IMG/VR virus record: IMGVR_UViG_3300037087_000760
Coordinates: 1-64,000 of that record
DNA: 64,000 nucleotides
Reading direction: 5' to 3' (one strand)
A model generated the notes under the pieces. It made no database searches. It had not been told where the DNA came from and was given only the letters and a program-made list of their open reading frames with translations. Below, piece after piece: positions 45,833 to 55,856 of the stretch. The stretch's first letter is position 1. The number at the start of each line of letters is the position of its first letter. A program made the translations under genes and the position numbers.

Positions 45833-46900
45833 TTAATCTAACCTTGTTCCACACATAGGACACCATCCATAATTTTTATTTCTAACTCTATATCCACATC
45901 TCTTATTAGGACAGTATTCTCTTCCTTGTGTTTTCACATAAGATGTATTATTAAAATTAGCGTTCGGAATTATATATGGATTATCCTGAAGTTTGAATGG
46001 ACCCGATTGATAAGGTGCTGATTGAAATGGAACATTATCATTTTTCTTTTCTGAGAATGGTAACAATTTAAAACAATAAGTTTTAATAATTGAACCACAA
46101 GTAAATTCAGTTTCCGAAAAATGTTGATTGGATTTCTTACCTTTTTCAATACGACCAGTTTCACTTAAACTCTCTGATAATAAACCATTGAATTTTAGAT
46201 TACCTCTTACATTCAAATCTCCATTGATATCAACATTACCTTTTAAATTAATATTGTTATTTAGATTTGTTGTGTATTTTCCATTAACATTGGTGGAATC
46301 TGAACTCAAACCGGCCGAACCGATATTCGGACTATTCGGACTATTTACTGACCCCCAATTTTTACCTTGATCACATACATTAATTTGTTGATCATATAAT
46401 GGATCACCACAGTAATATATTGGCCATGAAGGTGGAGTATATGGTGTTGTCCCCGGCCATGGTGTCGGCCATGGTGAAACTGGTGGAACATATGGTGGAT
46501 TGTTAATAATAATCGGACCATTTGTCCATGTATTCATACCATTCAATTTAGATTCATTCCAAAAAATGACTTCTAATTTCCCATTACCTTTAATGGCTTG
46601 TTTTGTTAATGGATTATTCTTGTCTACAAGATATGTATTGAATTTTAATTTCCTATTCGTACCGATGAATCGTTCAACAATAACGGATTGACCGGGATTA
46701 AGGACTAATATTGAATTGTCCGTTTCCGACCCATTCATTTTTAATTGAAAACCAACTCTCTCTGATAAAGGATTGTAGACTTTTAGCTGAAATTCATCTC
46801 CGTCATTAAGATAAATTTTGTTTTTGTTTTTTCCGTATAATTTGCGTTTTTGACCATTGACGAGAATTTCGCAAGACGGTGTTAAATAATTGTAATTCAT
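45833..46900 (-). CDS. Hypothetical protein with Ig-like N-terminus, Pro-rich linker and C-terminal Zn-ribbon
   Basis: FQLKVYNP...; CPNKRC...CPMCG; AAACTTTT-N14-TATAAA at 47028-47055. Confidence 0.65.
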   Translation of the reverse strand: MNYNYLTPSCEILVNGQKRKLYGKNKNKIYLNDGDEFQLKVYNPLSERVGFQLKMNGSETDNSILVLNPGQSVIVERFIGTNRKLKFNTYLVDKNNPLTKQAIKGNGKLEVIFWNESKLNGMNTWTNGPIIINNPPYVPPVSPWPTPWPGTTPYTPPSWPIYYCGDPLYDQQINVCDQGKNWGSVNSPNSPNIGSAGLSSDSTNVNGKYTTNLNNNINLKGNVDINGDLNVRGNLKFNGLLSESLSETGRIEKGKKSNQHFSETEFTCGSIIKTYCFKLLPFSEKKNDNVPFQSAPYQSGPFKLQDNPYIIPNANFNNTSYVKTQGREYCPNKRCGYRVRNKNYGWCPMCGTRLD

Positions 46901-47061
46901 AATTACCTCTCTTTCTTTTATTTTTATTTGTGAAAAACCAATTTCTTTGACGCTTTTGAAGGCAGTCTCTAAAGCAACTATAATGTTACTCGAAATCTGT
47001 TAATTCCAAAAAAGATTAATACATTCTTTTATATGTCTAAGAACTCAAAAAGTTTTACTTT

Positions 47062-47304
47062 TTATCCCCAATTTGTTATTGAAGCCCTATCATCCCAAGC
47101 GAAAATAAAATAGTCCGTTACCGTATTTGCTCCTCTTGGTGGTAAAGCATATTCAAGTTTATAACTATTGGCTGAAGTGGATACCTTTCGTGATATTTTC
47201 CATTTTTTATCACTTGTCGCTGTTGACGGCCAAGCATACCCACTATATGTCAATCCACTACTTACATAATCCTGAATTTTTACTTCATCTAAAAAACCTG
47301 CCAT
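47062..47304 (-). CDS. Small putative virion protein
   Basis: KWKISR...FAWDDRAS pattern. Confidence 0.5.
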   Translation of the reverse strand: MAGFLDEVKIQDYVSSGLTYSGYAWPSTATSDKKWKISRKVSTSANSYKLEYALPPRGANTVTDYFIFAWDDRASITNWG

Positions 47305-47332
47305 TTTGATTTGATTGTTTTGTTATTATATA

Positions 47333-48664
47333 TTATTTTTTCTCTACTCCCTTTTTAATAACTCCCTTTTTAACATCTTTCTTTCCCTCACCTTCTTCTT
47401 CTTTAGGTTGTTTTTCTTTATCATAAACATCAGGATAAAGTTTTCCATCAGTATCAACATTAAATTTCAATTTAAAATAATCATTGAAGTTCATTAAATC
47501 ATTTTTTTGAAGATTATATTCCCTATTTATATTCAACAATTTATCTATGTAGTTTGAAATTTTATCTACAAATTCATTAAATAAAATAACTGTCTGTTCA
47601 TTAAAAACACCAAATGATCTTTTCTTTTTATGATTGAATGAACTGAGAATAACTTTCAACATATATTCAATCTTTTTACTTGATTTGGCATGTTCGATAG
47701 TTTTTTTATTCAACAACATATCAGTATTCAATTTGAACTTTTCATCTTTGAAAAAATCAGGAATAACAATAGTCCATTTATCAATACTATCCTTGATATT
47801 CTCAATATATTCATTAAAGATCTGACTAATCAATTCTATATAGATTTCATCTTTTGTATTGGCTTTAACTTTAAATTTTTTGATGTCAATCAATTGACAA
47901 AATTCTAAAAAGTTAAGAAGAATTTGACTGTATATTTCAACATAATTTGTATCATTAGTAAAGGACATTCTTTTATATAATGGATTTAATAGTTCAAATG
48001 AATATTCATCATTCCCGTCTATCTTCATAATAATTTTTTCGAGATTATTATTGAATTCATCATCTATCATCAGGAATGAATTTTTAAAATTCGGATTTAA
48101 TAACTCATAGAAGAATTTAGCAAAATTATTTTCTCCAAAAACATATTTGAGATCTTCATCCGAGGAATTTAAAAATAACGCAATAATCTCTAATTGTTTC
48201 TTACTCAATTTACCTTTAAATATAACTGGTAAACTATCTACATCCATTAGGGCTGCAAATTCTTTCAATTCATCATAATTATATTTATATTTTTGTCCTT
48301 TTACGATACAAACGAGAATCAATCCGTTTTTTGGAGTTTTACTATATTCGATATTGGCCGGATGCAAATCTGGGAAATATTCAAAACAAAACCACCAGTT
48401 AGGATTTAATAAATCGGTTATATATTGTGGTAATGAGTTGAAATAATAATAAGCCGGATTATAAAATTTTTGAATAGCTAAATCAATAAAATTCAAAGGG
48501 TCATTCCTTAAATTTTTTGGCTTAATGATGAATCTTTGTCCATCATATCTGACGAATATTCTACTACCTTGAATATCTTCGTATACAAGAAGTTCTTTAT
48601 CACTAATAATGTTGATGAAATCGTCACCTTTTTCGATGGTGTTTAACTTGAAAACTTTTGTCAT
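47333..48664 (-). CDS. Ligase-like nucleotidyltransferase-fold protein with degenerate motif I
   Basis: VYEDIQGSRI in place of EKxDGS; FCFEYF; late motif at 48705-48714. Confidence 0.5.
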   Translation of the reverse strand: MTKVFKLNTIEKGDDFINIISDKELLVYEDIQGSRIFVRYDGQRFIIKPKNLRNDPLNFIDLAIQKFYNPAYYYFNSLPQYITDLLNPNWWFCFEYFPDLHPANIEYSKTPKNGLILVCIVKGQKYKYNYDELKEFAALMDVDSLPVIFKGKLSKKQLEIIALFLNSSDEDLKYVFGENNFAKFFYELLNPNFKNSFLMIDDEFNNNLEKIIMKIDGNDEYSFELLNPLYKRMSFTNDTNYVEIYSQILLNFLEFCQLIDIKKFKVKANTKDEIYIELISQIFNEYIENIKDSIDKWTIVIPDFFKDEKFKLNTDMLLNKKTIEHAKSSKKIEYMLKVILSSFNHKKKRSFGVFNEQTVILFNEFVDKISNYIDKLLNINREYNLQKNDLMNFNDYFKLKFNVDTDGKLYPDVYDKEKQPKEEEGEGKKDVKKGVIKKGVEKK

Positions 48665-48758
48665 GATTAATTTTTTTGTTTTTAAATTAATGTAATTCTG
48701 GATTTATATATTAAAAATCGAAGTTCAAAATTAATATATATCAGAAAAAGTTTACTCC

Positions 48759-49166
48759 ATGATGAGATTTGAAGATTTTGTGATTATCAATGAGAAAATT
48801 GATTTGGATGATGTATCCATTAGCGTTGATAATGCCGATCAAAATTTCATGTCTAATCTAATAGATAATTTTTCTTTCATTGTATCAAAAAGAATCATTA
48901 AGAATATTAGGCCAAAAAAAATAACAGGATATTTAAAAAGGCAAGATGGGAAAGGGGATAGATCCACTTTAAGTATTATTATGAATAACAAGGATTTTAT
49001 AGTGGGTACTTTTTCTAATGGAAATCTTGCGATTAGTATTAATAGTGAAATTATTTATGATGTTGATAGAAAAGATTTTGATGAAAATAAATTGGTAAAT
49101 AAACTATCAGAAGAATATGTTAAATACTTGAAATCAAATAATTATCAAGTAAAAAGAAATAATTAA
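48759..49166 (+). CDS. Putative internal head protein (CTS-like)
   Basis: MMRFEDFVIINE; late motif at 48731-48740. Confidence 0.65.
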   Translation: MMRFEDFVIINEKIDLDDVSISVDNADQNFMSNLIDNFSFIVSKRIIKNIRPKKITGYLKRQDGKGDRSTLSIIMNNKDFIVGTFSNGNLAISINSEIIYDVDRKDFDENKLVNKLSEEYVKYLKSNNYQVKRNN

Positions 49167-49169
49167 AAT

Positions 49170-50390
49170 ATGAAAAATTTACAAAATTTTGAAGAATTCA
49201 GAAATGAAGTTTTAGCTGATGAATTAATGAATGAGGGTATATTCAGTGATGCTTTGAAAAGTATTTGGAGTTTCTTCAAAGGATCATCTAAAAAATTTCA
49301 AGATAGTATTACCAATTTCACAAAGAAAATAGAAACTCAAAAAGGGTGGGATGCTGTTTATAAAACAACAGAAGCTGAAATAACGAATCTAAATCAAATT
49401 TTAACTGATGAAATCAATAACGCTCAGGATGTTTCTCAGGTTCGTAAATCATTATTTAATTTTCATAGAAATGTATTTTCCGAATTATTAATAGTGGCAA
49501 AAAAAATGGGGCCTAATGATCCTCAAGGTTATCTAACTCCAATAAAGTTATTTAATGGAACACCATTTTGGAAAATGTATAATTTTGATAAAACACAGAA
49601 ATTTGTAAATAATCTCCCGAAAGCCATAGACGCCTTAGTATTAGATATGGCTGGTAAATCTGGATTCTCAAAGGATGAAGTTCAAAAATCCATAAAACAA
49701 TATCCGAATCCAGCTGATATTCCAGAGAGTACAACTACCCCTCCAGTGAATACAAATCAACAACCGACTACTAATACTACAAAACAACCAACAACCCCGG
49801 CTCCAGCAAATACGAACTCTCCGACTCCGGCCCCAGCTCCAGCACCCACAACACCAGCTCCGACTAACGCTGGTTACATTTTGAATTTTTCTGAATTCAA
49901 TAAATTATATGAAGCTGGAGAACAACAACCCCCAGCAAATGCGGCCCCAGCTTCACCAGAGGCTGGAACTGGTACGAATACTACTAACCAGACGAATACT
50001 AATACTAACCAACAAAATAAAACCAATACTACGACTGATCAAAATAAGACGAATACTAACCAACAAACGAATACGACTGATCAAAATAAGACCAATCAAA
50101 ATACGGATATGACGAAATTAAAAGAACAGATCATCACTAATTCGAAATCTAATTTTCTTGGACAAATTGTTCAGAAAAAACTAAAAGATTTCAAATCAAA
50201 AGTGGTCAATCAACAAACAACAGGAGCTAACACTGATCAGGGTACGGAATCCATAGCCAAATCCATGAAGGCCTCCAACAATTTACAAACTAAGAAAAAT
50301 ATTTTGGATGCCGTTAAAAATTCCAATAAGGATACTTTAAAAAAGATAAGAGATATTGTTGGTGGAAAAGATAAGTTAGGTGCTTTATAA
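49170..50390 (+). CDS. Putative internal head protein with two CTS-like motifs and P/T/N/Q-rich linkers
   Basis: MKNLQNFEEFRNE...MNE and internal ILNFSEFNKLYE. Confidence 0.7.
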   Translation: MKNLQNFEEFRNEVLADELMNEGIFSDALKSIWSFFKGSSKKFQDSITNFTKKIETQKGWDAVYKTTEAEITNLNQILTDEINNAQDVSQVRKSLFNFHRNVFSELLIVAKKMGPNDPQGYLTPIKLFNGTPFWKMYNFDKTQKFVNNLPKAIDALVLDMAGKSGFSKDEVQKSIKQYPNPADIPESTTTPPVNTNQQPTTNTTKQPTTPAPANTNSPTPAPAPAPTTPAPTNAGYILNFSEFNKLYEAGEQQPPANAAPASPEAGTGTNTTNQTNTNTNQQNKTNTTTDQNKTNTNQQTNTTDQNKTNQNTDMTKLKEQIITNSKSNFLGQIVQKKLKDFKSKVVNQQTTGANTDQGTESIAKSMKASNNLQTKKNILDAVKNSNKDTLKKIRDIVGGKDKLGAL

Positions 50391-50392
50391 AC

Positions 50393-50423
50393 AAAAAAGT
50401 CGGGAATGACCCCGACTTTTTTT
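50393..50423. terminator. Bidirectional terminator
   Basis: AAAAAAGTCGGG/CCCGACTTTTTT. Confidence 0.85.
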
Positions 50424-50856
50424 ATTTGATTTCGATTTGTTTTGGATCTGATTTCGGAAGTAGTTTTTTCTTTATTGAAACCTTTAATACTCCATTTTCA
50501 AATTTAGCATCGAATCCATCTCCATCAATATCATCAGGTATGCTGAAAGAGCGTTCGAATGATTGTTTGGAGAATTCTTTTCTGGTATAATTCTCATCGG
50601 AGTCATTTTTTTCTTCCTTGTGTTCACCCGTAACAGTGAGAATTTTTTCTTCAATGTTAATTTTTAATTCTTCTTTGGTGAACCCCGGAGCACTGACTTC
50701 AATCATGTATCCATCTTTTTCTTCCGAAATATTTACCAATCCATTTGATTTACGATACCATTCGTAATCATTATCGAAAAACCTATCCAAGTAAAAACCA
50801 AAAGGTTTTTCGAAAGCATTTCTAATTAAACTTTTCATATAAATATCTCCTTTCAT
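50422..50856 (-). CDS. Small heat shock protein (Hsp20/alpha-crystallin)
   Basis: VNISEEKDGYMIEVSAPGF, FERSFSIP, AKFENGVL. Confidence 0.92.
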   Translation of the reverse strand: MKGDIYMKSLIRNAFEKPFGFYLDRFFDNDYEWYRKSNGLVNISEEKDGYMIEVSAPGFTKEELKINIEEKILTVTGEHKEEKNDSDENYTRKEFSKQSFERSFSIPDDIDGDGFDAKFENGVLKVSIKKKLLPKSDPKQIEIK

Positions 50857-50927
50857 TGATTAATTTTGATTTATAATTATCAAAATTTATACCCATTCTT
50901 TTTCGATGTCAATATGTCAGTTTTATT

Positions 50928-52187
50928 TTATTTCTTTTTGTCATTTTGTCCTATTCTAAATCCCATAGAATTCTTAGAATCTCTTACTCCATGACTCATT
51001 ATTTCACTATTCTTCTTCATAGAATATACTTCAGCTAAAGACAGTTCTGTTTTTATGACAGCTGGATCTAAACCAATTTTTTCTGCTATCAACTTACAAT
51101 CAGCTTTACTTAGTTTATGAAATTCTTTTCGGGCTATTAATCTCTCAGGTCTTAATAAAGCATCATCCAATTCATTTAAATCAGTGTTGAATGTCGCTAT
51201 AATCTGAATTGAAAGAATATCATTTAAAATACCATCAGTTAGATTAAGTAAATTGGTTATACCTAAGTTTCTGGTCGAATTACGAGAGGCAAGGAGAGGT
51301 TCAGCATCTTCAATGAGTAATATAGTCCTTTTGCCATTTTCGAGGGTCCAATCGGTTATAAAGTTGAAAAAAGAGGGTTCTGTGATGGACTCTATCATAG
51401 TCGGTGGGAAATACAGAACCTTTTTGTTAATTTTTGTTAATCTCTGGAGCAAATATCGAATGTAATATGTTTTTCCAGTGCCGGGATGACCATGTAATAA
51501 AACCAATCCCTTATCATCTTTTGTTAATCTTCTTATTAATTTTTTATTAAATTCTTCAAAATTAGCACCATAGTAAAGATCAAGATCTGGAATTTTCACT
51601 TTCTTATCAATAGTAAACTCTCTGACATATAAATTTCCATTATCAACACTTATAAGTCCAATGGAATTTTTAGATATCTCATTAACAACAGATTTCTTGA
51701 AAATTTCGAATACTATTTTTTCTAAATTCATATTATGATTCTTTGAATCAGGTGGTGGACTTACCAAGTAATTTGAACTTATTAACTCTGTGTCTTTATC
51801 CAATTTTACATCTAACTCTGGGTTTGTATAAAAAACCGATGATGAATTTGCGTAAATGTTAATCAAGTAACCTGTATCAATCATCCAAACTTCTCTACTG
51901 GTTTGAGAAATATTATTTTTTACATCAAAATATGAATCTCTGTAAATGAGTTTACATTTTTTAAATTCTTTGAATATTTCTTTTTTAATTAAATCTAATC
52001 TGAAAAATTGACCATCATCATGCACTATCTGTATTGTATGAGGTTGTTCTTTAAAACGATTATAGTATTCTTCCAAAACATTGAAATCATCAAGAGATTT
52101 ACTTTTCCCATTGAATTTAAGTGTGGTTAGAATTGAATTAGAGTTATCCCCGTAATATTTGTTGTTGTCTTTAGTTTCTTTTAACAT
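50928..52187 (-). CDS. AAA+ ATPase
   Basis: GHPGTGKT, LLIEDAE, NLTDG, ATFN, DALLRPERL. Confidence 0.9.
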   Translation of the reverse strand: MLKETKDNNKYYGDNSNSILTTLKFNGKSKSLDDFNVLEEYYNRFKEQPHTIQIVHDDGQFFRLDLIKKEIFKEFKKCKLIYRDSYFDVKNNISQTSREVWMIDTGYLINIYANSSSVFYTNPELDVKLDKDTELISSNYLVSPPPDSKNHNMNLEKIVFEIFKKSVVNEISKNSIGLISVDNGNLYVREFTIDKKVKIPDLDLYYGANFEEFNKKLIRRLTKDDKGLVLLHGHPGTGKTYYIRYLLQRLTKINKKVLYFPPTMIESITEPSFFNFITDWTLENGKRTILLIEDAEPLLASRNSTRNLGITNLLNLTDGILNDILSIQIIATFNTDLNELDDALLRPERLIARKEFHKLSKADCKLIAEKIGLDPAVIKTELSLAEVYSMKKNSEIMSHGVRDSKNSMGFRIGQNDKKK

Positions 52188-52297
52188 CGATTTTCTATTT
52201 ATTTTTAGGAATTTTTAGTTATATATTCCAAAAGGTTTTATTGTTTTAAAAAATCACTATTGTAAAATTATATATAGTTATAAGATAATGAAAAATT

Positions 52298-52684
52298 ATG
52301 AGAGTAGAGATTAAAAATACAAAATGGCATGACCGTCTTAAAGGTGGTAAAGCTGATGGAAAAAAACCATCTGATTATAACCCTGATGAATTAAATGTTG
52401 GTGCAAAGGTTCAACGAGAACATACTAATGATCCCAAAATAGCCACAGAAATTTCAATGGACCATGAGGAAGAAAATCCAACTTACTATGATGAACTAAT
52501 TATGTCAGGAATAGCTGATGAACAAGATGCTATTGATACCTATGGTAAAATAAAAAGTGATGATGATAAAAAGAAAGCCATTGATAAAATTCAGAAACAT
52601 TTGGATAAAGAGAGAGATAAATTGGATGTTAAAGAAAGACACATTTTGAGATTTCAAGAATATCTAAGTGAGAGGAAAAAATAA
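52298..52684 (+). CDS. DUF5661-like protein
   Basis: GAKVQREHTNDPKIATEISMDHEEENPTYY; C-terminal ILRFQEYLSE. Confidence 0.65.
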   Translation: MRVEIKNTKWHDRLKGGKADGKKPSDYNPDELNVGAKVQREHTNDPKIATEISMDHEEENPTYYDELIMSGIADEQDAIDTYGKIKSDDDKKKAIDKIQKHLDKERDKLDVKERHILRFQEYLSERKK

Positions 52685-52685
52685 A

Positions 52686-53129
52686 TTATTTCTTTTTCTG
52701 AATTTTCAATAACCATTTCACTCCATCAACAAATCCTTCTCTTTTTTGACGAAGATAACTGTTTACTTTACATATGTCTTTTACAGCTTCTACGGATGGG
52801 TGTTTACTTAACATTTTTTTCGGGTCAAGTTCTCCCCAATTTTCTTCGGCCTCTTTTTCAGCCTTTATCAAAATATCTTTAACCGTTTTTATCTTTTGTT
52901 CAAGTAGCCATTTCACTCCAAAAATGAAACCATCCCTACTTCCCTGTGCGTAGTAATTGATATTTTGGAAAAATTCCCCAAAAAAATCCACCCCTCTTAG
53001 TTTTCTCATTTCACGATCACTTAATTTCGGATATTTTCTCTCTGAGGCTTTCTTTGCCTTAATTAAAAGTGTATCTTTCATGATTATTGAACTTTGATTT
53101 CTTCTGATTTTTTTTGGTTTCGGTATCAT
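52686..53129 (-). CDS. Hypothetical protein with duplicated domain
   Basis: KAxxxAxxxW/Y...GFxxGVKWLL twice; start may be shorter. Confidence 0.6.
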   Translation of the reverse strand: MIPKPKKIRRNQSSIIMKDTLLIKAKKASERKYPKLSDREMRKLRGVDFFGEFFQNINYYAQGSRDGFIFGVKWLLEQKIKTVKDILIKAEKEAEENWGELDPKKMLSKHPSVEAVKDICKVNSYLRQKREGFVDGVKWLLKIQKKK

Positions 53130-53262
53130 GTGTTCTTTTCAATGTTAACTTATCGTGCCCGAAGTCGTTAATTTTATGTTTTTTTTCCCAGTGAGTAAGA
53201 AGCCCAGCGGAAACGACAAGAACAACAATACCTATAATAGTAGTAATAACCATTCCCGACAT
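53059..53262 (-). CDS. Small membrane protein
   Basis: N-terminal TM. Confidence 0.45.
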   Translation of the reverse strand: MSGMVITTIIGIVVLVVSAGLLTHWEKKHKINDFGHDKLTLKRTHDTETKKNQKKSKFNNHERYTFN

Positions 53263-53270
53263 ATCTTTTT

Positions 53271-53471
53271 TTATAAATGTTGATTATATTTAAATTTCGA
53301 ATTGTTTCCTGTAAGTTCAATTTGTGTAACTTCGAATAACCCACCATCCCTTTCATAATGTTCCGTCCATGCATGTCCACCTTTTTCCTTGAGAAGTTTC
53401 TTTGCTGTGCTTATTTTACAAAGAATTGGTTCAGTTTCTTTATTCTCTTGATAATATGTGAATCGTGCCAT
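53271..53471 (-). CDS. Hypothetical protein
   Basis: TACTTTTG promoter at 53498-53505. Confidence 0.65.
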   Translation of the reverse strand: MARFTYYQENKETEPILCKISTAKKLLKEKGGHAWTEHYERDGGLFEVTQIELTGNNSKFKYNQHL

Positions 53472-53572
53472 TTTAGTTTGATTGATTATTTATTCAACAA
53501 AAGTACAACAATTAGCTGAATTAAAAAAATTTCTTTAAAACAAAAATACTAAAAACTCATATAAATAAAGGT

Positions 53573-53740
53573 ATGACAACAAAAGAGATAAGAAATATAC
53601 CATGTTTGGGATACAAGGATGAATATAATGGAGATTTCGATTGTTTATATGAGAAACCCCCAGATTGTGAAAACTGTATCGTTAACTATCCTCGTACAAA
53701 AGGTAATATCGATCCAAGAACAGGGAAAAAACATAAAATA
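53573..53740 (+). CDS. Small Cys-rich protein (not in ORF track)
   Basis: 55 aa, C..DC..DCENC; TATAAATA upstream. Confidence 0.55.
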
Positions 53741-53748
53741 ATAGAAAG

Positions 53749-54186
53749 ATGAAAAAGTATTTATTAATTTTTTTGATGTTATTCCCAATCTTAGGAATAT
53801 CACAAACCAAAGAACAAGTTAAAGATTTAATCAAGAATAATAATCTGATTGGAATGTCTAAAGATTCTCTGGTTACTAAATTCCCAGATGGTTTCAATTC
53901 AGATACTTTAAATGGAATTAAGTATGATGTAGTCAAGGGTAGAATAAATAAGATCTTGGTGACTTGCTTCTTAACCCAAAATAAAAAGAATGAACAGCAA
54001 ACTTGTTTTCATTGTAGATTCTTTATCGTTATTACTGTATTACAATCCAGTGATATAAGTAACATATTGAATACCAATTTTAAAAGAATTAAAAATCAAT
54101 GGGAACAATATCGAGAAAAAGATACCTTAAATTGGTCAAGTAAAGAAACATTGTATACAGTTACATTAGAATCTGTAAAAAAATAA
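53749..54186 (+). CDS. Secreted hypothetical protein
   Basis: Signal peptide MKKYLLIFLMLFPILGISQ. Confidence 0.65.
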   Translation: MKKYLLIFLMLFPILGISQTKEQVKDLIKNNNLIGMSKDSLVTKFPDGFNSDTLNGIKYDVVKGRINKILVTCFLTQNKKNEQQTCFHCRFFIVITVLQSSDISNILNTNFKRIKNQWEQYREKDTLNWSSKETLYTVTLESVKK

Positions 54187-54212
54187 ACTTTTGATAAAAG
54201 ACATTGTATAAT
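54185..54212 (+). promoter_or_regulatory. AAACTTTT-N14-TATAAT promoter
   Basis: Recurrent class. Confidence 0.65.
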
Positions 54213-54218
54213 AAATAC

Positions 54219-54415
54219 AGGTCCCTGACTATACCTGTCGTTTTCTGTAAGTGTACGACAACAATTACCGTCTTAGAGTTTTCACGACACTAAACTCCGT
54301 CTTAGAGTTTTCACGACACTAAACTCCGTTTTTACTCTCATATAGTAGAGCTTTTTCCGTAAAAAATCAAACCCCAATGAAAGGTCAGGGAGAATTTCAT
54401 TGGGGTTTAACTTTT
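54219..54415 (+). ncRNA. Unknown ~190-nt RNA with tandem repeats and terminator-loop pairing
   Basis: Own promoter; 5' TCCCTGAC complementary to terminator loop GTCAGGGA; terminator AAACCCCAATGAAA/TTTCATTGGGGTTT. Confidence 0.6.
54268..54329 (+). repeat. Exact 29-bp tandem repeat, 2 copies plus 4 nt
   Basis: CCGTCTTAGAGTTTTCACGACACTAAACT x2 + CCGT. Confidence 0.95.
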
Positions 54416-54427
54416 ATAGAAAATTTT

Positions 54428-55159
54428 TTATTCCTTATGTGGAATCCTCCATGAAAATCCACAGTTAATGAAAACTGTTGACATACCACTACCATAAGAC
54501 AAATCAAATTGAAAGTCATCAGTAATAAAATAGTTAAAACCTAAATCACCATATATAAAAGGGGATGTTTTAGATGAAAAGAAACTATATGATTCAATGA
54601 ATGATCCAAATTTCGAAGTAATACTATAACCCAAATTAATACAGTAAAAACCCTGAGAGTATGGATTAATACCATCATAAAGTATTCCCACATTACCAAG
54701 AACAGTAAATTTACCAAATCCTTTCTGAAGAATAAGTGAACCCTGTGGTGAATGATCGGGAATAGAGAATTCTGGTTTACCAATATTAGGTAAATTTAAC
54801 ATTCCAAGAATAGCAATATCAGGGAGGTACTTTATATCTTGAATTATGGGAATTTTTACACCGAAATATAAAGCTTTTATACCAGCTATCTGAGAATTGG
54901 TAAGTAAATCGCCAAAGTCTGTACCGAAACGAAATTCCAGATGTTTGTACATACCAAATCTAAAAAGATTTGTATTACAAAGTTGATTGATTGGATAACA
55001 ACCAAATCCATTGTATCCCCAGCCAGATTCATAATCTGTTCTATGTAATCCGACTGAATATGCTCCGTTTGAAAATCCCGGGCGATCAGGAGAAAAAGAT
55101 TGAGAGAAAAGTAATATTGGGAAAAGCAAGATGATTATGAGGAAAGAAAATATCTTCAT
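54428..55159 (-). CDS. Outer-membrane beta-barrel (MetA-pathway/transporter-like family)
   Basis: Signal peptide, DRPGFS..AYSVG...ESG, alternating beta-strands, aromatic C-terminal strand. Confidence 0.7.
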   Translation of the reverse strand: MKIFSFLIIILLFPILLFSQSFSPDRPGFSNGAYSVGLHRTDYESGWGYNGFGCYPINQLCNTNLFRFGMYKHLEFRFGTDFGDLLTNSQIAGIKALYFGVKIPIIQDIKYLPDIAILGMLNLPNIGKPEFSIPDHSPQGSLILQKGFGKFTVLGNVGILYDGINPYSQGFYCINLGYSITSKFGSFIESYSFFSSKTSPFIYGDLGFNYFITDDFQFDLSYGSGMSTVFINCGFSWRIPHKE

Positions 55160-55165
55160 AAAGAA

Positions 55166-55495
55166 TTACTTTTTAAATGATTCCGAATGTCTCACACCAA
55201 CTGGTTCATAAAGATATTTGGTGATTAATACAACTGGCACGACCACAGTTTCAGAGAAAATGACGGATAAAACAATATTACCTGTACTCAGTTCGTAAAT
55301 AACATCAGGATTTTTTTGAGAATCTTCATTTCCCAGACCATATGGTTCAACAACGACTGTTTTACCATCGATGACAAGTTCTTTACTGGAAGCAAAACCA
55401 CCAGATGAAATTACCCAAACGGCCATGATGATAACAAGGATTAATCCAAGAAACCATACACCGCAATAACCACCTACTAAAGTTCCTGTTTTCAT
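55166..55495 (-). CDS. Membrane protein
   Basis: N-terminal TM. Confidence 0.65.
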   Translation of the reverse strand: MKTGTLVGGYCGVWFLGLILVIIMAVWVISSGGFASSKELVIDGKTVVVEPYGLGNEDSQKNPDVIYELSTGNIVLSVIFSETVVVPVVLITKYLYEPVGVRHSESFKK

Positions 55496-55643
55496 AAAAT
55501 TTTTTAGATTAATAAAAGACGAATAAAAAATATTGAAAGACCAATTACAATTAATAAAGGGAATGAGAATAAAAGATATCCCGTAAATAGTAATCCAATA
55601 CTCAAAGCAATAAAATAAGATGTCGGATTAATAATTTTCTTTA

Positions 55644-55856
55644 TCATATTGTCCTAATTAAACTTCCGTTTTTATTGATAATCTTGACTTTACCACTGAA
55701 AAGTTGAACCTGAACACTTTCATTGGTAACATCATACCAATCGGCTCTTTGAGCGTCGCCACCCGAATAAGCTGTTCTTATTTTGTTCATTGTCTGGGAG
55801 TTGTAAACTTCGACATTCCCTTTGACTATTTTTAAGATCTTATTCATAATGAGCAT
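55644..55856 (-). CDS. Hypothetical protein
   Basis: TACCTTTG promoter at 55873-55880. Confidence 0.65.
   Translation of the reverse strand: MLIMNKILKIVKGNVEVYNSQTMNKIRTAYSGGDAQRADWYDVTNESVQVQLFSGKVKIINKNGSLIRTI

Noticed and set aside
54268-54329. CRISPR array
   Set aside because: Repeats are contiguous with no spacers and no cas genes are nearby
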